Source: Felis catus
Taxonomy: Eukaryota
Assembly (NCBI RefSeq): GCF_018350175.1
Contig: NC_058368.1
Span: 88,476,001 to 88,540,000 of the forward strand
Direction of reading: 5' to 3'
DNA: 64,000 nt
Numbering within the stretch: position 1 is the stretch's first letter; each line of letters opens with the position of its first letter. A program made the translations under genes and the position numbers. Below are positions 38,746 through 51,889 of this stretch, piece by piece. The notes under the pieces are model-generated. The model was not told the DNA's origin and did not search any database. It was given only the letters and a program-made list of their open reading frames with translations.

Positions 38746-39032
38746 GTCAGAGTAAAGTGGACACAGTGGGCCTGGAGGTGAGTGAGGTTGTGGCCACTGC
38801 TGAGGGGTGAGATGGCTCTGGGTCAACGTGGAGGTCCTGGGAAACAGCTGGATGAAAATGCAGGTGCCCATGTTCCATTCTATCACAGGGAATGACCCAC
38901 TCTGGAGGTGGGGAACATGCTTTCATGTGCTGCTGATGGGATACAAGGACTGAGACATGCTGGCAAGGACCTAGTGGGTGAACAGGCCACAGCATTGAGT
39001 GAGGCTAAGTCACACCAGGCTCCTTTGCTTAC

Positions 39033-42000
39033 CTGCAGGGGACTCTGGGGACTCACATCACCTGACACTATTCCTCAAGGTGTAGGTGGACACTGATGTG
39101 GAGACTGCTGTGCAAGAGGAAATGAGGTGTCAGGTGAACACTGGCACCTGCAGACCTGGAGATCCCCTGGAGCTAATTTCCCACCGCTCACCTGCCCCTC
39201 CTTGGTGAGGCCAGGACCACCCACAGCCTGCCATTCTCCCTGCTGTGACACCTTAGCAGAAGGTGAATCTATATGTCCTCAGGGCTGAGTCTGCTGATGC
39301 AGCATCCCAGACATGCCTGGGGAACTGGTGGTCTTGGTCTGCTGTGTGTCCAGGCAGAGACCAGTAGGGAGGTGGGCAGCGCAGTCTTTCCTCTTCACTG
39401 TTAGACTTTGAGTGTCAACAATCAACTGTGGGTCGAAGGCCACCATCTGTGCCAGCATCACAGAAGTTGTCCCTGCATCCTAAAGAACACAAATTCCATG
39501 TGATCTCAATGTCGTGTGTCCCCTAGACGAGACCCAGGGAGTTCTTGGGAACCAGAGCATCGGGTAATCAGATCTCCTGGACTCTTTCTCAGAAGGTTTT
39601 TTCCTGGTCATAAAGTGACAATTCAACAAATCAGGAGGTTTCACTGCTGCTGCCAAGATCATTTACATTAATGACTTGTTCCTTTTGGAAATGTAAATGG
39701 AAGCCTGGTGCACAAAATTACTATTTTACAAAGACAACAGAGTGGGGAAGGAAACCAGGAACAAGGAATCTATCTAATTCTGACTCATCAGCAGGCCACC
39801 TGCTCCTCCTGCCCACTGCACCTGAACAATGACCCCAGGTGAAATTTTTGCTCTTCAAGGTGTCAGGAGAAAGGGACTGGGTTTTCATTTAGCAGTTCAT
39901 TCTGAGGACATCTGTCCAGGAGATCGGGTGCCTCGTGCCAGCAGCACACAACTGACTGTGAGGAAGAGACAAGGCCTCAAGCTAAGGATCCCAAATTCAT
40001 GGTGCTCTTGCATGCTTCTCCTCCTCATTCATGCTTGGTCATGGTGGGTTTTGGACTCTGAAATCCCAGATCTATTAGTGCCCAGGGGTAGCCATGGGTT
40101 CCCTGGAGCCCTGGTAGTGGCCAGACCCCTTTAATCCTGAGGGTGGGGGCTCCATGCTGGGGGACAGATTGAGACCTATCACCATACCCCATATCTAAAT
40201 CCTATATCCTGAAATTTCCTGTGGCCCCTCCCTGACTGCACAGGGTGGGGAGTCCAGGTTCTGGTGCTGATGCTGACAGTGCTGGAAGTCCCACAGGGTC
40301 CAGTCTGTGTCTGTTAGTAGATATGTAGGTGGAGGAGTGCTGGGGGCTGAGGGGCCAACCTGGCTCTGGGTGAGTGAGACTCTGATATTGGCTCTCAGTA
40401 CAGCTGAGATCCCTTTCTCCCAGTAGAGGATTCAACAGGGGCCAGAGGCTGCAGTCCATTACTCACTACATGAGCAGTGCTCTTCACAGGAAGATCTTCA
40501 CCCACAGCTGGCACAGACACCTGGCTTCAGCCCCACTAAGGCTGAAAAGTCACAAGGCATCCAAGACTTTCCCTAAATGATTATGTGGTTGAAGAAACAT
40601 GGGAGCAGAGATGGTGACAGATAGGGGAAATTTAACTTACAAGATAAAGGGCACTAGAGTAGTTAAAATAGCTACCTGTTCATTACCCAAGGTGAGAAGC
40701 CAGTTAACCTGCCATTCCACCCACCTTTGTCCAAGCTCTTGTTATGCCCAGTGGCTTGTGCTGAAGGAAGCGGAAAGCCCAGGAGGTGGGGAGATGCCAG
40801 TTCATGGACTGTCCTGTCCTGTATGGATACAGAGACATCTCCAGCTTCATCCTGTGTCTGCAGTGTCCTCACAGCTATCCTGGCTGGAAAAACTGCTTCC
40901 CCATTGACCTGCAAGTCCACCTGCAAAACAAGCCAGAGGCTGTACCCTGTATGGTCACCATCTGATTCTGGAGAGTTCTGGGAAGAAGTTACTCTTGTGT
41001 CCTCCAAGGCCAGCTAGCCAGAGGCTCAGGGAGCCCTCGGGGTGACCTACATGGCAGGCACTTTAGCTCCTGAACCACTAAGTGTCCTTAGTGAGCTAGC
41101 TATGCAGAGTAGTCCATGCAGCAGGCTGCAGAGGCCCAGGATGCAGGAGCTGGAGGTTGAACACTGAGCCCAAAGAGGGACACGAGGGCACCAGTGGTCA
41201 CCTCATCCCACCTGCTGCGCTGAGGAGTATGGATTGAGACGTGGCCATGAGCAGTGCATATTTGATGTCTGTGTGAAACACTCAGAGTCTGAAATGTGCC
41301 CAACATGTGTGGTCCTGGGTCTCTCACAGTTGTGAATTACTCCCCAACCCCATACCATGGTCCTGTCCTGAAGCTCTATCTGCCCAGGTCTCATGTCCAT
41401 TTGGATTTAATGCATGCTTTTCCCAATAACAAATCAGGCACACTCCGGGTTCAGGGCAGTACCCTATCCTGTTCATCAGGACAATGGTTTTAGGCACAGA
41501 CACTTAATAAAGATTTGGGTGTCAGTGTGGACCTGGGATGAACAGCTACTGTCCAGATAAAACTCCATATCTCATAGAACTAGATTGAGTTAGACTGTAT
41601 ATTTCAACATGACTCTTTCTAAAGAGCAAGCCATTCATTAGTGAAAAATACCTACTAAACACTGACCAGATTGTGGGGTTCAGTTCCTGTTCTCCTGGAG
41701 GTAATGTTCTGGGAGAAAGAACACAGTGAAGTGAGCCACTTGCAATGACTCCTGGGGCCAGCGTGTTAGCTCAGGGGTAGGACATAGGGTGCTGTGTGAT
41801 GGGCTAGTTTGTGGAGGGATACCTTCTCTGAGGGTTCCTGAGGGAACCCCAGTGAGTGCTGGCACATGGAGATGGGGAGGAACACTTCAGCAGAGATAAC
41901 TAGTGATAGGGGGTGACTGCAGTTCTGGTGGGCTCTATTATGTGGGGTAGAATGAGGAACCTGGGTCCTGGAATCCACAGGAAAGTCTGAGCAGGGACAG

Positions 42001-43386
42001 GTAGGATACACGGAATTTGCTCAGCTTTCACTTAGGCTCCCTCATGGAGAAAAGCTGCCCAGGTAGACAGGAGCAAAGCCAGGGAGGTGTGTACAGGAAG
42101 ATCGTCCACGAGGATGCTTTGGTTTGGGACATGACCAGGTAGGAGAATGAGGCCATTTAATGAAGAGGAGTTGGGGTTACCATCAATATGGCTTTGTATA
42201 GCAATGCCCCACAGTGTGTTCTTCATTTTCACAGCAGAAAGCAGGGGTCTATGAGTCTTCTACAAGTTGTGGTGCAACCATGCTCCTCCTTCAGGTTCAC
42301 TGTCCTGGGACACCCTCACAACCCTGTTTCTGGTGTGTCTAACTGGGCATCACTTCAACTGCGTCTGGATCAGCCCCTCCATCCCTCCACCCTGCTGTGC
42401 AGTCCTCCCACTGCTGCCACACTGAGGAGGGCAGCATGAAGAAGCTGAACTCATGTTCACCTTTCCCAGGTGGAATTGAACTGTCTGACTTTGAGAAGTG
42501 GTTGAAGACATCACTTCCATTTCAGGAATCCCACTCTTTGCAGGAAAGGTTCGGGGTTAATTTTGGCCAAAAAAAAAATCCCAAAGATATGTTTTACTTA
42601 GCTTAGAATGAATGGACTCCCTAATCTTTGGGTCAGACTGATGGCCTGTAGGGGGATGTGTTCTGGTAGAGACAGACTTGGATTGAAATGAATGGTACAC
42701 ACAGTGGGAGGTACAAGGATATTTTCATCTTAATTGGGATGATCTGAAAATTTAACTTATTCCAGCCACTCTGTGTCACGTGGGTTCTCCAGTGCACATG
42801 TAGAGGCTGGATTTGTTTAAATATAGCAAGAGTTAACCCATTAGGAAGAAAGAACTTGGGGCTTGGATACCAGAGATGGTTGGACCTGGGCTGGGAATGG
42901 TCCTGGGTGTATGCCTTAAGGGGGAACCCTTCTGTAGACCCCTAGTCCTGTAGTCAATGGTGAGAGGTCCACATCCCCTAGCTGGTGCCAACGTAGATGT
43001 CAGAGGACCACACACCTGCTTCAGGTTCATGCAGAGAGAGGAAGAGACTGGTCTTTAGGCAGCCAGGTGAGCTGACCAACAGGCTATTCTCCTTTTGTGA
43101 CTCCACGGTGGTGTTGGTGATGAAGGCAAAGGTCATTCCCAAGCAGGCATTTGGGGAGGGTGGGTAGAAAGGAGTGTGTCCCATCTCACTCAAGTCAACA
43201 CACCTGCTCAGGGCTCACCCCCACTCCTGACCTGATCCCTATCGGCAGGTCCTGGGGGATGGTACCCAGGCTGAGGACACTTGAAGGAGGGGTCACCTTG
43301 CTTTTAATTTTGACAAAGCCCAATGTCAATACCAACTGTCCCAGTAAAGTCCGTCCTTTTCTTTTTTTATTTTATTTTTTATATTT

Positions 43387-43417
<31 letters not shown>

Positions 43418-44299
43418 AGTCCATCCTTTTCTATTTCTTTCAGTGTAAACTAAACTTCTCAAATGTTCTCAACACACAGAACACACTTCCAACCTCCCCA
43501 CTAGCTCCTGAAAGCAGCAGTCCTCTTACCATATCAGGCACCATCCGTCTTAGAAATGCCAGTCTCTTTCCTCCCAAGTCCCCCTAAAGTTTACCTTTTT
43601 CCAAAGAACCAGGTTATTCTTGGATCTTCTCAGTTTTTTCCAAGGAGCACACTGCCTTGAGCTTCACCCAGGTACAATTGGCACTATGCTCTCCCCCATC
43701 TCAGCTGTAGCCACAGGCAGGCTCCAGTCCATTGGAACACATAAGGCACTTGATCTCCCACACAGTCCCTAATTGTAAAAGGGACCATCTCCAGGAAGAA
43801 GCTGTACCTCAAACCTGACTTTCCTCTTTCCTTCTATCCCATTCATGACAGATTATCAGCTCTGCCTTTTAGAAGTGGCCACACTCTTCCATATCCATAG
43901 ACAGCCTCCAGTTTCCCAGATGCACCTGTTCCCTCCTTCCCCTTCTCTACCTTGCTGTGTCCAGCCACCCCTCCACCTGGAGCTGCCAGTAGGAATCCAT
44001 ATGTCTTCCCCAATCCCTGCAGTTCTTTTGTGGTTCAGAACAGAGTCAACATTCACGTGACTCCCTCAAGTTTCTCCCTGCTTCCATAACCCTACAGGAT
44101 CTCACCAGAGGGAGGGTATGGTTCCATGTCTCCTATCTCCACCTGATTCTCTGAATGTCTTGTCATATTTGATCTTAGAAGGGTTCCATCAGACAGGAAC
44201 CTATAGTCAGGAAATACCTGCTGTAGTGGCCGGAGTTTGGAGACTTCACATCAGGATCCAACCTCAAGTTTAGCAACCATCTGTCTGGGAGGTCTCAGG
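39033..44299 (-). pseudogene. Unidentified multi-exon gene relic (unprocessed pseudogene)
   Basis: AG/GT-bounded segments on minus: 44299-44218, ~43140-43016 (acceptor uncertain), 41708-41652 (57 nt), 41268-41212 (57 nt), 40920-40725, 39479-39192 (288 nt), 39107-39033 (75 nt); 84-nt intron 39191-39108 with a CTGAC branch point and polypyrimidine tract; in-frame stops present. Confidence 0.5.
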
Positions 44300-44937
44300 C
44301 TAGAAATGTTTTATGCTGAAATACTTGTATACAGACATACTGCTTATACTTTCCTTTCTGTTAGAATGGTGTTAAACTAAGCAGTTGGATGTGGATTCTA
44401 GAAGTCAATGTATTGGGAAATGTTGATGGAGACAGGCAGGTTGTGCCCAGTGTCAGCTCTCTGTAGTTCACTGACACTTTTTCAGATCCATGGAGACCCC
44501 TGCACATGATCAGGACAATGTGATTACTCATAAGACACATTAGTAACTGCAAGCCAAAATGCACATCAGTATAACCCAGGGATTGTTTTTCTTAAATTAA
44601 TTATTCTGAAATGATAATTTAACGTTATTTATTTAATCCTCATATAAATTTTAAAGTCATGTCACTCCTCCACTCCTGGAGATGATCACACTTTTCCCAC
44701 CTCCCCTTTTATATCTTCTAGAGTGCATGGGTGAAGAAACATTAGTCTACTGTGCTCAGGGCCTGAGTCTCCTCTGCAAATTTCTCCAAACCCTACCCCC
44801 TGCCCCCCGCCTGATGTCTGGATATGAGTTTTGGGGTTTTTTTTTGAAATACAACATTTAATTTTATTTAATCTATAGCTTTTAGCCAATAAAATAGAAA
44901 TTATGATTTTGGTTTTTTCTATTTTTTGACAGTACAT

Positions 44938-47900
44938 TTTGTTTGTTTATTTATTTATTTATTTATTTATTTATAATTTATTATGAGATTGGTTTCAATA
45001 CAACACCCAGTGCTCATCCAAAAGGTGCCCTCCTCGATGCCCATCAACCACTTTCCCATATTCCCCAACTCCTATCAACCCTCAGTTTTTTTCTCAGTAT
45101 TTAAGTATCTTATGGTTTGCCTCCCTCCCTCTCTGTAACTTTTTTCCCCCTTCTCCTCCCCCCTGGTCTTCTGTTAAGTTTCTCAGGATCTACATATGAG
45201 TGAAAACATATAGTAACTGTCTTTCTCTGCCTGAGTTATTACACTTAGCATATTACCCTCCAGTTCCATCCACGTTGCTACAAATTGGCCAGATTTCATT
45301 TGTTCTCATTGCCAAGTAGTATTCAATTGTATATATAAACCACATCTTTACCATTCATCAGTTGATGGACATATAGACATATAGACTCTTTCCGTAATTA
45401 GGCTGTTTCCATAATTAGGCATTGGGATACCAGTGCCCCTATGCATCAGAACTCCTATATATCTTGGATAAATTCCTAGCCGTGCTATTGCTGAGTCATA
45501 GGCTAGACCTATTTTTAATTTTTTGAGGAACCTCCACACTGTTTTCCAGAGCGGCTGCACCAGTTTTCATTCCCACCAACAGTGCAAGAGGGTTCACATT
45601 TCTCCACATCCTCTCCAGCATCCATAGTCTCATTTGTTAACTTTACCCACTCTGACCTGTGTGAGCTAGTATCTCAGTGTGGTTTTGAATTGTATTTCCC
45701 TGATGAGGAGTGATGTTGAGCATCTTTTCATGTGTCTGTTTGCCATCTGGATGTCTTCTTTAGAGAAGTGTCTATTCATGTCTTTTGCCCATTTCTTCAT
45801 TAGATTATTTGTTTTTCAGGTGTGGAGTTTGGTGAGTTTTTAAAGATTTTGGATACTAGCTGTTTATCTGATATGTCATTTGCAAAGATCTTTTCCCATT
45901 CAGTCAGTTGCCTTATAGTTTTGTTGATTGTTTCCTTTGCAGTGCAGAAGCTTTTTATCTTCATGAGGTCTCAATAGTTCATTTTTGCTTTCAATTCCCT
46001 GGCCTTTGGAGATGTGTAGAGCAAGAAATTGCTGTGGCTGAGGTCAAAGAGGTTTTTTCCTGCTTTTTTTCTCTAGGGTTTTGATGGTTTCCTGTCTCAC
46101 ATTCAGGCCCTTCATCCATTTTGAGTTTATTTTTGTAAGTGGTGTAAGAAAGTGGTCTAGTTTCATCCTTCTGCATGTTGCTGTCCACTTCTCCCAGCAC
46201 CATTTCTTAAAGAGACTGTCTTTTTTTTCCATTGGATACTCTTTACTGCTTTGTCAAAGATTAGTTGGCCATATATTTGTGGGTCCAATTCTGGGGTCTC
46301 TATTCTATTCCATTGTGCTATGTGTCTGTTTTTGTGCCTATACCATACTGTCTTGATGATTACAGCTTTGTAGTACAGGCTAAAATCTGGGATAGTGATG
46401 CCTCCCACCTTGGTTTTCTTCTTCAAAATTACTTTGGCTATTCGGGGTCTTTTGTGGTTCCACACACATCTTAGGATTGTTTGTTCTAGCTTTGAGAAGA
46501 ATGCTGGTGCAATTTTGATTGGTATTTCATTGAATGTGTAGATTGCTTTGGGTAGTACTGACATTTTAACAATATTTATTCTTCCAATCCGTGAGCATAG
46601 AATGTTTTTTTCATTTCTCTGTATCTTCTTCAATTTCCTTCATAAGCTTTCTATAGTTTTCAGCATACAGAACTTTTACTGCTTTGGTTAGGTTTATTCC
46701 TAGGTATTTTATGATTCTTCGTGCAATTGTGAATGGGGCCAGATTATTTATTTCTCTTTTTCCTGCTTTATTATTGGTGTATAAAAATGCAACTGATTTC
46801 TGTACATTGAATTTGTACCCTGCAACTTTGCCAAATTCAGGTATCAGTTCTAGAAGACTTTTGGTGTAGTCTGGCGGGTTTTCCATGTAGAGTATCATGT
46901 CTTCTGAGAATAGTGAAATTTTGACTTTATCTTTGTGCCAATTTTTATGCCTTTTATTTCATTTTGTTGTCTGATTGCTGCTGCTAGGACGTCCAACACT
47001 ATTGAACAACAGCAATGGGAGTGGACATCCCTGTTTTGCTCCTGATCTCAGGGGAAAAGCTCTCAGTTTTTCCACATTATCGATGATATTAGCTGTGGGA
47101 TTTTCATAAATCGCCTTTATGATGTTTAAGTATGTTCTATGCAGCCTTTCTTGAGGGTTTTTATTAAGAAGGGTGTTGAATTTTGTCAAATGCTTTTTCT
47201 GCATCTATTGACAGAATCATATGACTCTTATCTTTTCTTTTATTAATGTGATGTATCACATTGATTGATTTACAAATATTGAACCAGCCCTGTAGCACAG
47301 GAATGAATCCCACTTGATCATGGTGAATAATTCTTTTTATATCCTGTTGGAATTTGATTTACTAGTATCTTGCTGAGAATTTTACATCCATATTCATCAG
47401 GGATATTGGCCTGTAGTTATCTTTTTTTTTCTGGGTCTCTGTCTGGTTTGGGAATCAAAGTAATGCTGGATTCATAGAATGAGTCTGGAAGTTTTCCTTC
47501 CGTTTCAATTTTTTGGAAAAGCTTGAGAAGGATAGGTATTCTCTCTGCTTTAAATGTCTGGTAGAATTCCCCAGGGAAGCCGTCTGGTCCAGGACTCTTA
47601 TTTCTCAGGAGATTTTTGATGACTGATTCAATTTCTTCATTAGTTATGGGTATGTTCAAATTTTTTATTTCTTCCTGTTTGAGTTTTGGAAGTGTGTGAG
47701 AGTTTAGGAATCTGTCCATTTCTTCCAGGTTGTCCAGTTTGTTGGAATATAATTTTTCATAGTATTACCTGAAAATTGCTTGTATTTCTGAAGGATTGGT
47801 TGTAATAATTCCATTTTATTCATTATTTTATCTATTTGAGTCATCTCTCTTATCTTTTTGGAAGTCTTGGCTAGAGGTTTATCAATTTTGTTTATTTTTT

Positions 47901-50900
47901 CAAAAAAACAACTCTTGGTTTCATTAATCTGCTGTACTATTTTGGATTCAATGTTGCTTATTTCTGCTCTGATCTTTATTATTTCTCTTCTTCTGCTGGG
48001 TTTGGGGTGTTTTTGATATTCTGCTTCTAATTTCTTTAGGTGTGATGTTAAATTTTGTATTCCGGATTTTCTTGTTTCTTGAGATAGGCCTGGATTGCAA
48101 TGTATTTTCCTCTTAGGACTTCCTTTGCTGCATCCCAAAGCTTTTGGATTATTGTATTTTCATTTTCATGTGTTTCCATATATTATTTAACTTCTTCTCT
48201 AATTGTCTTGTTGGCCCATTAATACTTTAGTAGGGTGTACTTTAACCTCCATGCTTTTGGAGGTTTTCCAGACTTTTTCCTGTGGTTGATTTCAAGTTTC
48301 ATAGCATTGTGATCTGAAAGTGTGTATGGTATGATCTCAATTCTTCTACTCTTATTAAGGGCTGTTTTGTGACCCAGTATGTGATCTATCTTGGAGAATG
48401 TTCCATATGCACTTGAGAAGAAAGTATATTCTGTTGTTTTGGGATGCAGAGTTCTAAATATATCTGTCAAGACCATCTGGTCCAATGTATCATTCAGGGC
48501 CCTTGTTTCTTTATTGATCCTGTGTCTAGATGATCTATCCATTGTTGTAAGTGGGGTGTTAAAGTCCCCCTGCATTTACTGCATTCTTATCAATAAGGTT
48601 GCTTATGTTTGTGATTGTTTTATATATTTGGGAGCTCCCGTATTCGGTGCATAGACATTTATAATTGTTAGCTCTTCCTGATGGATAGACCCTGTAACTA
48701 TTATATAATGTCCTTCTTCATCTCTTGTTACAGCCTTTAATTTAAAGTCTAGTTTGTCTGATATAAGTGTGGCTACTCCAGCTTTCTTTTGACTTCCAGT
48801 AGCATGATAGATATTTCTCCATCCCCTCACTTTCAATCTGAAGGTGTCCTCAGGTCTAAAATGAGTCTCTTGTAGACAGCAAATAGATGGGTCTTGTTTT
48901 TTTATCCATTCTGATACCCTATGTCTTTTGGTTGGCGAATTTAGTCCATTTACATTCAGTGTTATTATTGAAAGATAAGGGTTTAGAGTCATTGTGATGT
49001 CTGTAGGTTTCATGCTTACAGTGATGTCTCTGGTACTGTGTGGTCCTTACAACATTTCATTCATAGAATCCCCCTTAGAATTTCTTGTAGGGCTGGTTTA
49101 ATAGTGATTCATTCTTTCAGTTTTTTGTTTGTTTGGGAAAACCTTTATCTCTCCTTCTATTCTGAATGACAGACTGACTGGATAAAGGTTTCTTGGCTGC
49201 ACATTTTTCCTGTTTATCACATTGAAGATCTCCTGCCATTCTTTTCTGGCCTGCCAAGTTTCAGTAGATAGGTCTGCTACTACCCTTATGTGTTTACCTT
49301 TGTATGTTAAGGCCTGTATATCCCTAGCTGCTTTCAGGATTCTCTCTTTATCCTTGTATTTTGCCAGTTTCATTATCATATGTCATGCAGAAGATCGATT
49401 CAAGTTATGTCTAAAGGGAGTTCTCTGTGCCTCTTGGATTTCAATACCTGTTTTCTTCCCCAGATAGGAGAAATTCTCAGCTATTATTTGTTCAATTACA
49501 CCTTCAACCTCTTTCTCTCACTCGTCTTCTGAATTCCCTATGATACAGATATTGTTCTCTTTGATTGCATCACTTTGCTCTCTAATTCTCCCCTCATACT
49601 CATGGATTTTCTTATCTATTTTTCCTAGCTCCTCTTTTTCCATAATTTCATCATCCAATTCACCAATTCTCCCCTCTGCCTCTTCATCCCACTTTGTGGC
49701 TACCTAAATTTTATTTTGTACCTCATTTATAGCATTTTTTAATTCATCATGACTGGTTTTTAGTCCCTTGATCTCTGTAGCAATAGATTCTCTGCTGTCC
49801 TCTATGCTTTTTTCAAGCCCAGCAATTAATTTTATAACTATTAATCTAAATTCATGTTCAGTTATATTGCTTAAGTCAGTTTTGATCAATTTGTTAGCTA
49901 TCATTACTCCCTGGAATTTCGTTTGAGAATTCTTCCATTGCATCATTTTGGCTAGTTTTTTGTCCCTTATGCATTTTAAACAGCTTGTTGTGTGCTCTAC
50001 TACTGTGAGCACTGCTATGTCAAAGGGGGTCATACACTGTCCATTGCCTGGCCCCTGTGGAGGTGTTTTTTGGAGATTGTAACTTGCTCTCTGTTTTTGT
50101 GACTTTGGTTATTTTATTACCCTAGTTTTAGTGATATATTGGATCCTCCATCAGGTGTGTTTTCATTTGTTCCTTGGAGTAGCCCTGTAAAGGATAACAA
50201 AGAGGCAGACAAACAGGAGCTAAAAACACCCAAACATGCAAACAAATAACACAAACAAATAAGCAAAAACAAAAAAACTAAAAAATAAAGCAAAAAAACC
50301 AAAAACACTGACTATAAGTAAAGAACAGGGTGGAAGCAGTGCTGATATAAGAGCACATACAAAGAGAGAAATGATAGGAGCGGGGACAAAGAAAAAATAA
50401 ACATTGCTTAGGCAGAGAGACTAAAAGGCTTAATCCAGAGAGACAGAAAGGAAAATAAAGAAGGAGGTGGGGAAAACTAAACGAAGATAAAGTTACCCAG
50501 ACAAACTATACTGCTTGATTATTTCAGAGAGAGAGAAAGGAATGTAAAGAAGGAGGTGTAGAGCATGTATCAAGGGAATGGATTAAATATATCTGTTTAG
50601 ACAAACCACTATCCAGAGTAACCAGCCCAGAGGAGGGAACAGATAAGGAGGAGAAATGAGTGGTGTGTGTGAGAATATACCTATATATCCAGAATTTACC
50701 TAGAGTTAATCCAGGCAATGCTGCATTGCCGGACTGGAGGAGCTGTCTGCAGGGTCTGTCCAGCTCCGGTTGATACCCAGTTACCCAGTGGGAAGGGGTG
50801 TTGTTTGGTGTAGTGTGGACCCACCTCCACTATGGGTCCTGGAACTGATCCCTGAGGCCCTGCCTTGGTGGTGCTGGGGGTGGGGGGAAATGGAAATTCC

Positions 50901-51771
50901 CCAATCTCTTCTCCACAGACCCAGAAACTGTGCACTCCATTTGAGTCATCCTCACTGTGCTGCAGGCACAGATGGGGTGGTCTTCGCTCCTCCAACTCCC
51001 TTGACCCTTCACTTGGCTAGGATTCAAAGTCCCACTCCGTGCACTCTGGCACTGGGGAAGCACCTCTCAGTGTGGCCGATATGTGGGCCCAGTTGACTTT
51101 GTGCTGCCACACTTCAGGGAGGACCACCTTCTCCTACCGCATATTGCGCCACATACTTCACTGAAGAGCCCTGGGGGTGGCAGATGCAGGTAGATGCAGG
51201 CAGGCTTAGTCTTTTTCCACAGCATTTCAGAGAGGGGGTGGCTTTTTCCTGCTGCAGACTGCACCCTCAGCCCAGCCACTAAGCCCGGGGGTGACAGGCG
51301 CGGGTAGGTTTTGTACTATCATGCAGCCTTCCAGGGATGGGACCACTTTCTCCAACTGCGGACTGAGCCCCTGACCTGAAACCTAATCCAGGCTTGGCTC
51401 CCCTCCTCCCTAGGTGCACGAATAGGGAGCCGGCCCCAGTCCAAAGAAAGCCCAGCAGTTAGAGACAGGATCCCTCTCAGTCACAGTCTGAGGTCTTTCT
51501 CCTGTCCAGATATGGTCCTACACTTCTCTAACCACTCTTTCTCTTCCCTTTGTTTCTCTGCAGAAGGGGGTCCCTCCCCTGTGTGCCTACATGGCCCATT
51601 TTGCAATCACCCACCTATCTTTTTTCCAGTTGACCCATTTTCTTCCTGGTAGATTCAGTCTCTTTTCCCCCAGACTCTGGGGTTCAAAGTCCTTTGCCTT
51701 CAGCACTTCTTTGTTTGAGAGATACGGGACATATGGATCCCCCTACTTCTCTGCTATTTTGGCCCCCATCC
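44938..51771 (-). mobile_element. Near full-length inactive L1 (~6.8 kb) with a ~1.8-kb 5' UTR
   Basis: (TTTA)n tail at 44938-44975; ORF2 fragments 45348-49013; ORF1 ~49080-49950; TSD ctggatatgagtttt (44818-44832) / ctggccatgagtttt (51772-51786). Confidence 0.97.
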
Positions 51772-51889
51772 CTGGCCATGAGTTTTAATACAAAGTGTTC
51801 AAACCATTGGTCTGTCTCTTATTTTATTACATTGTGTTGTTTTCCTATGAGGAGGAGAACCCCCCAAAAGAGGAAGGTTGTGTAGGTGG

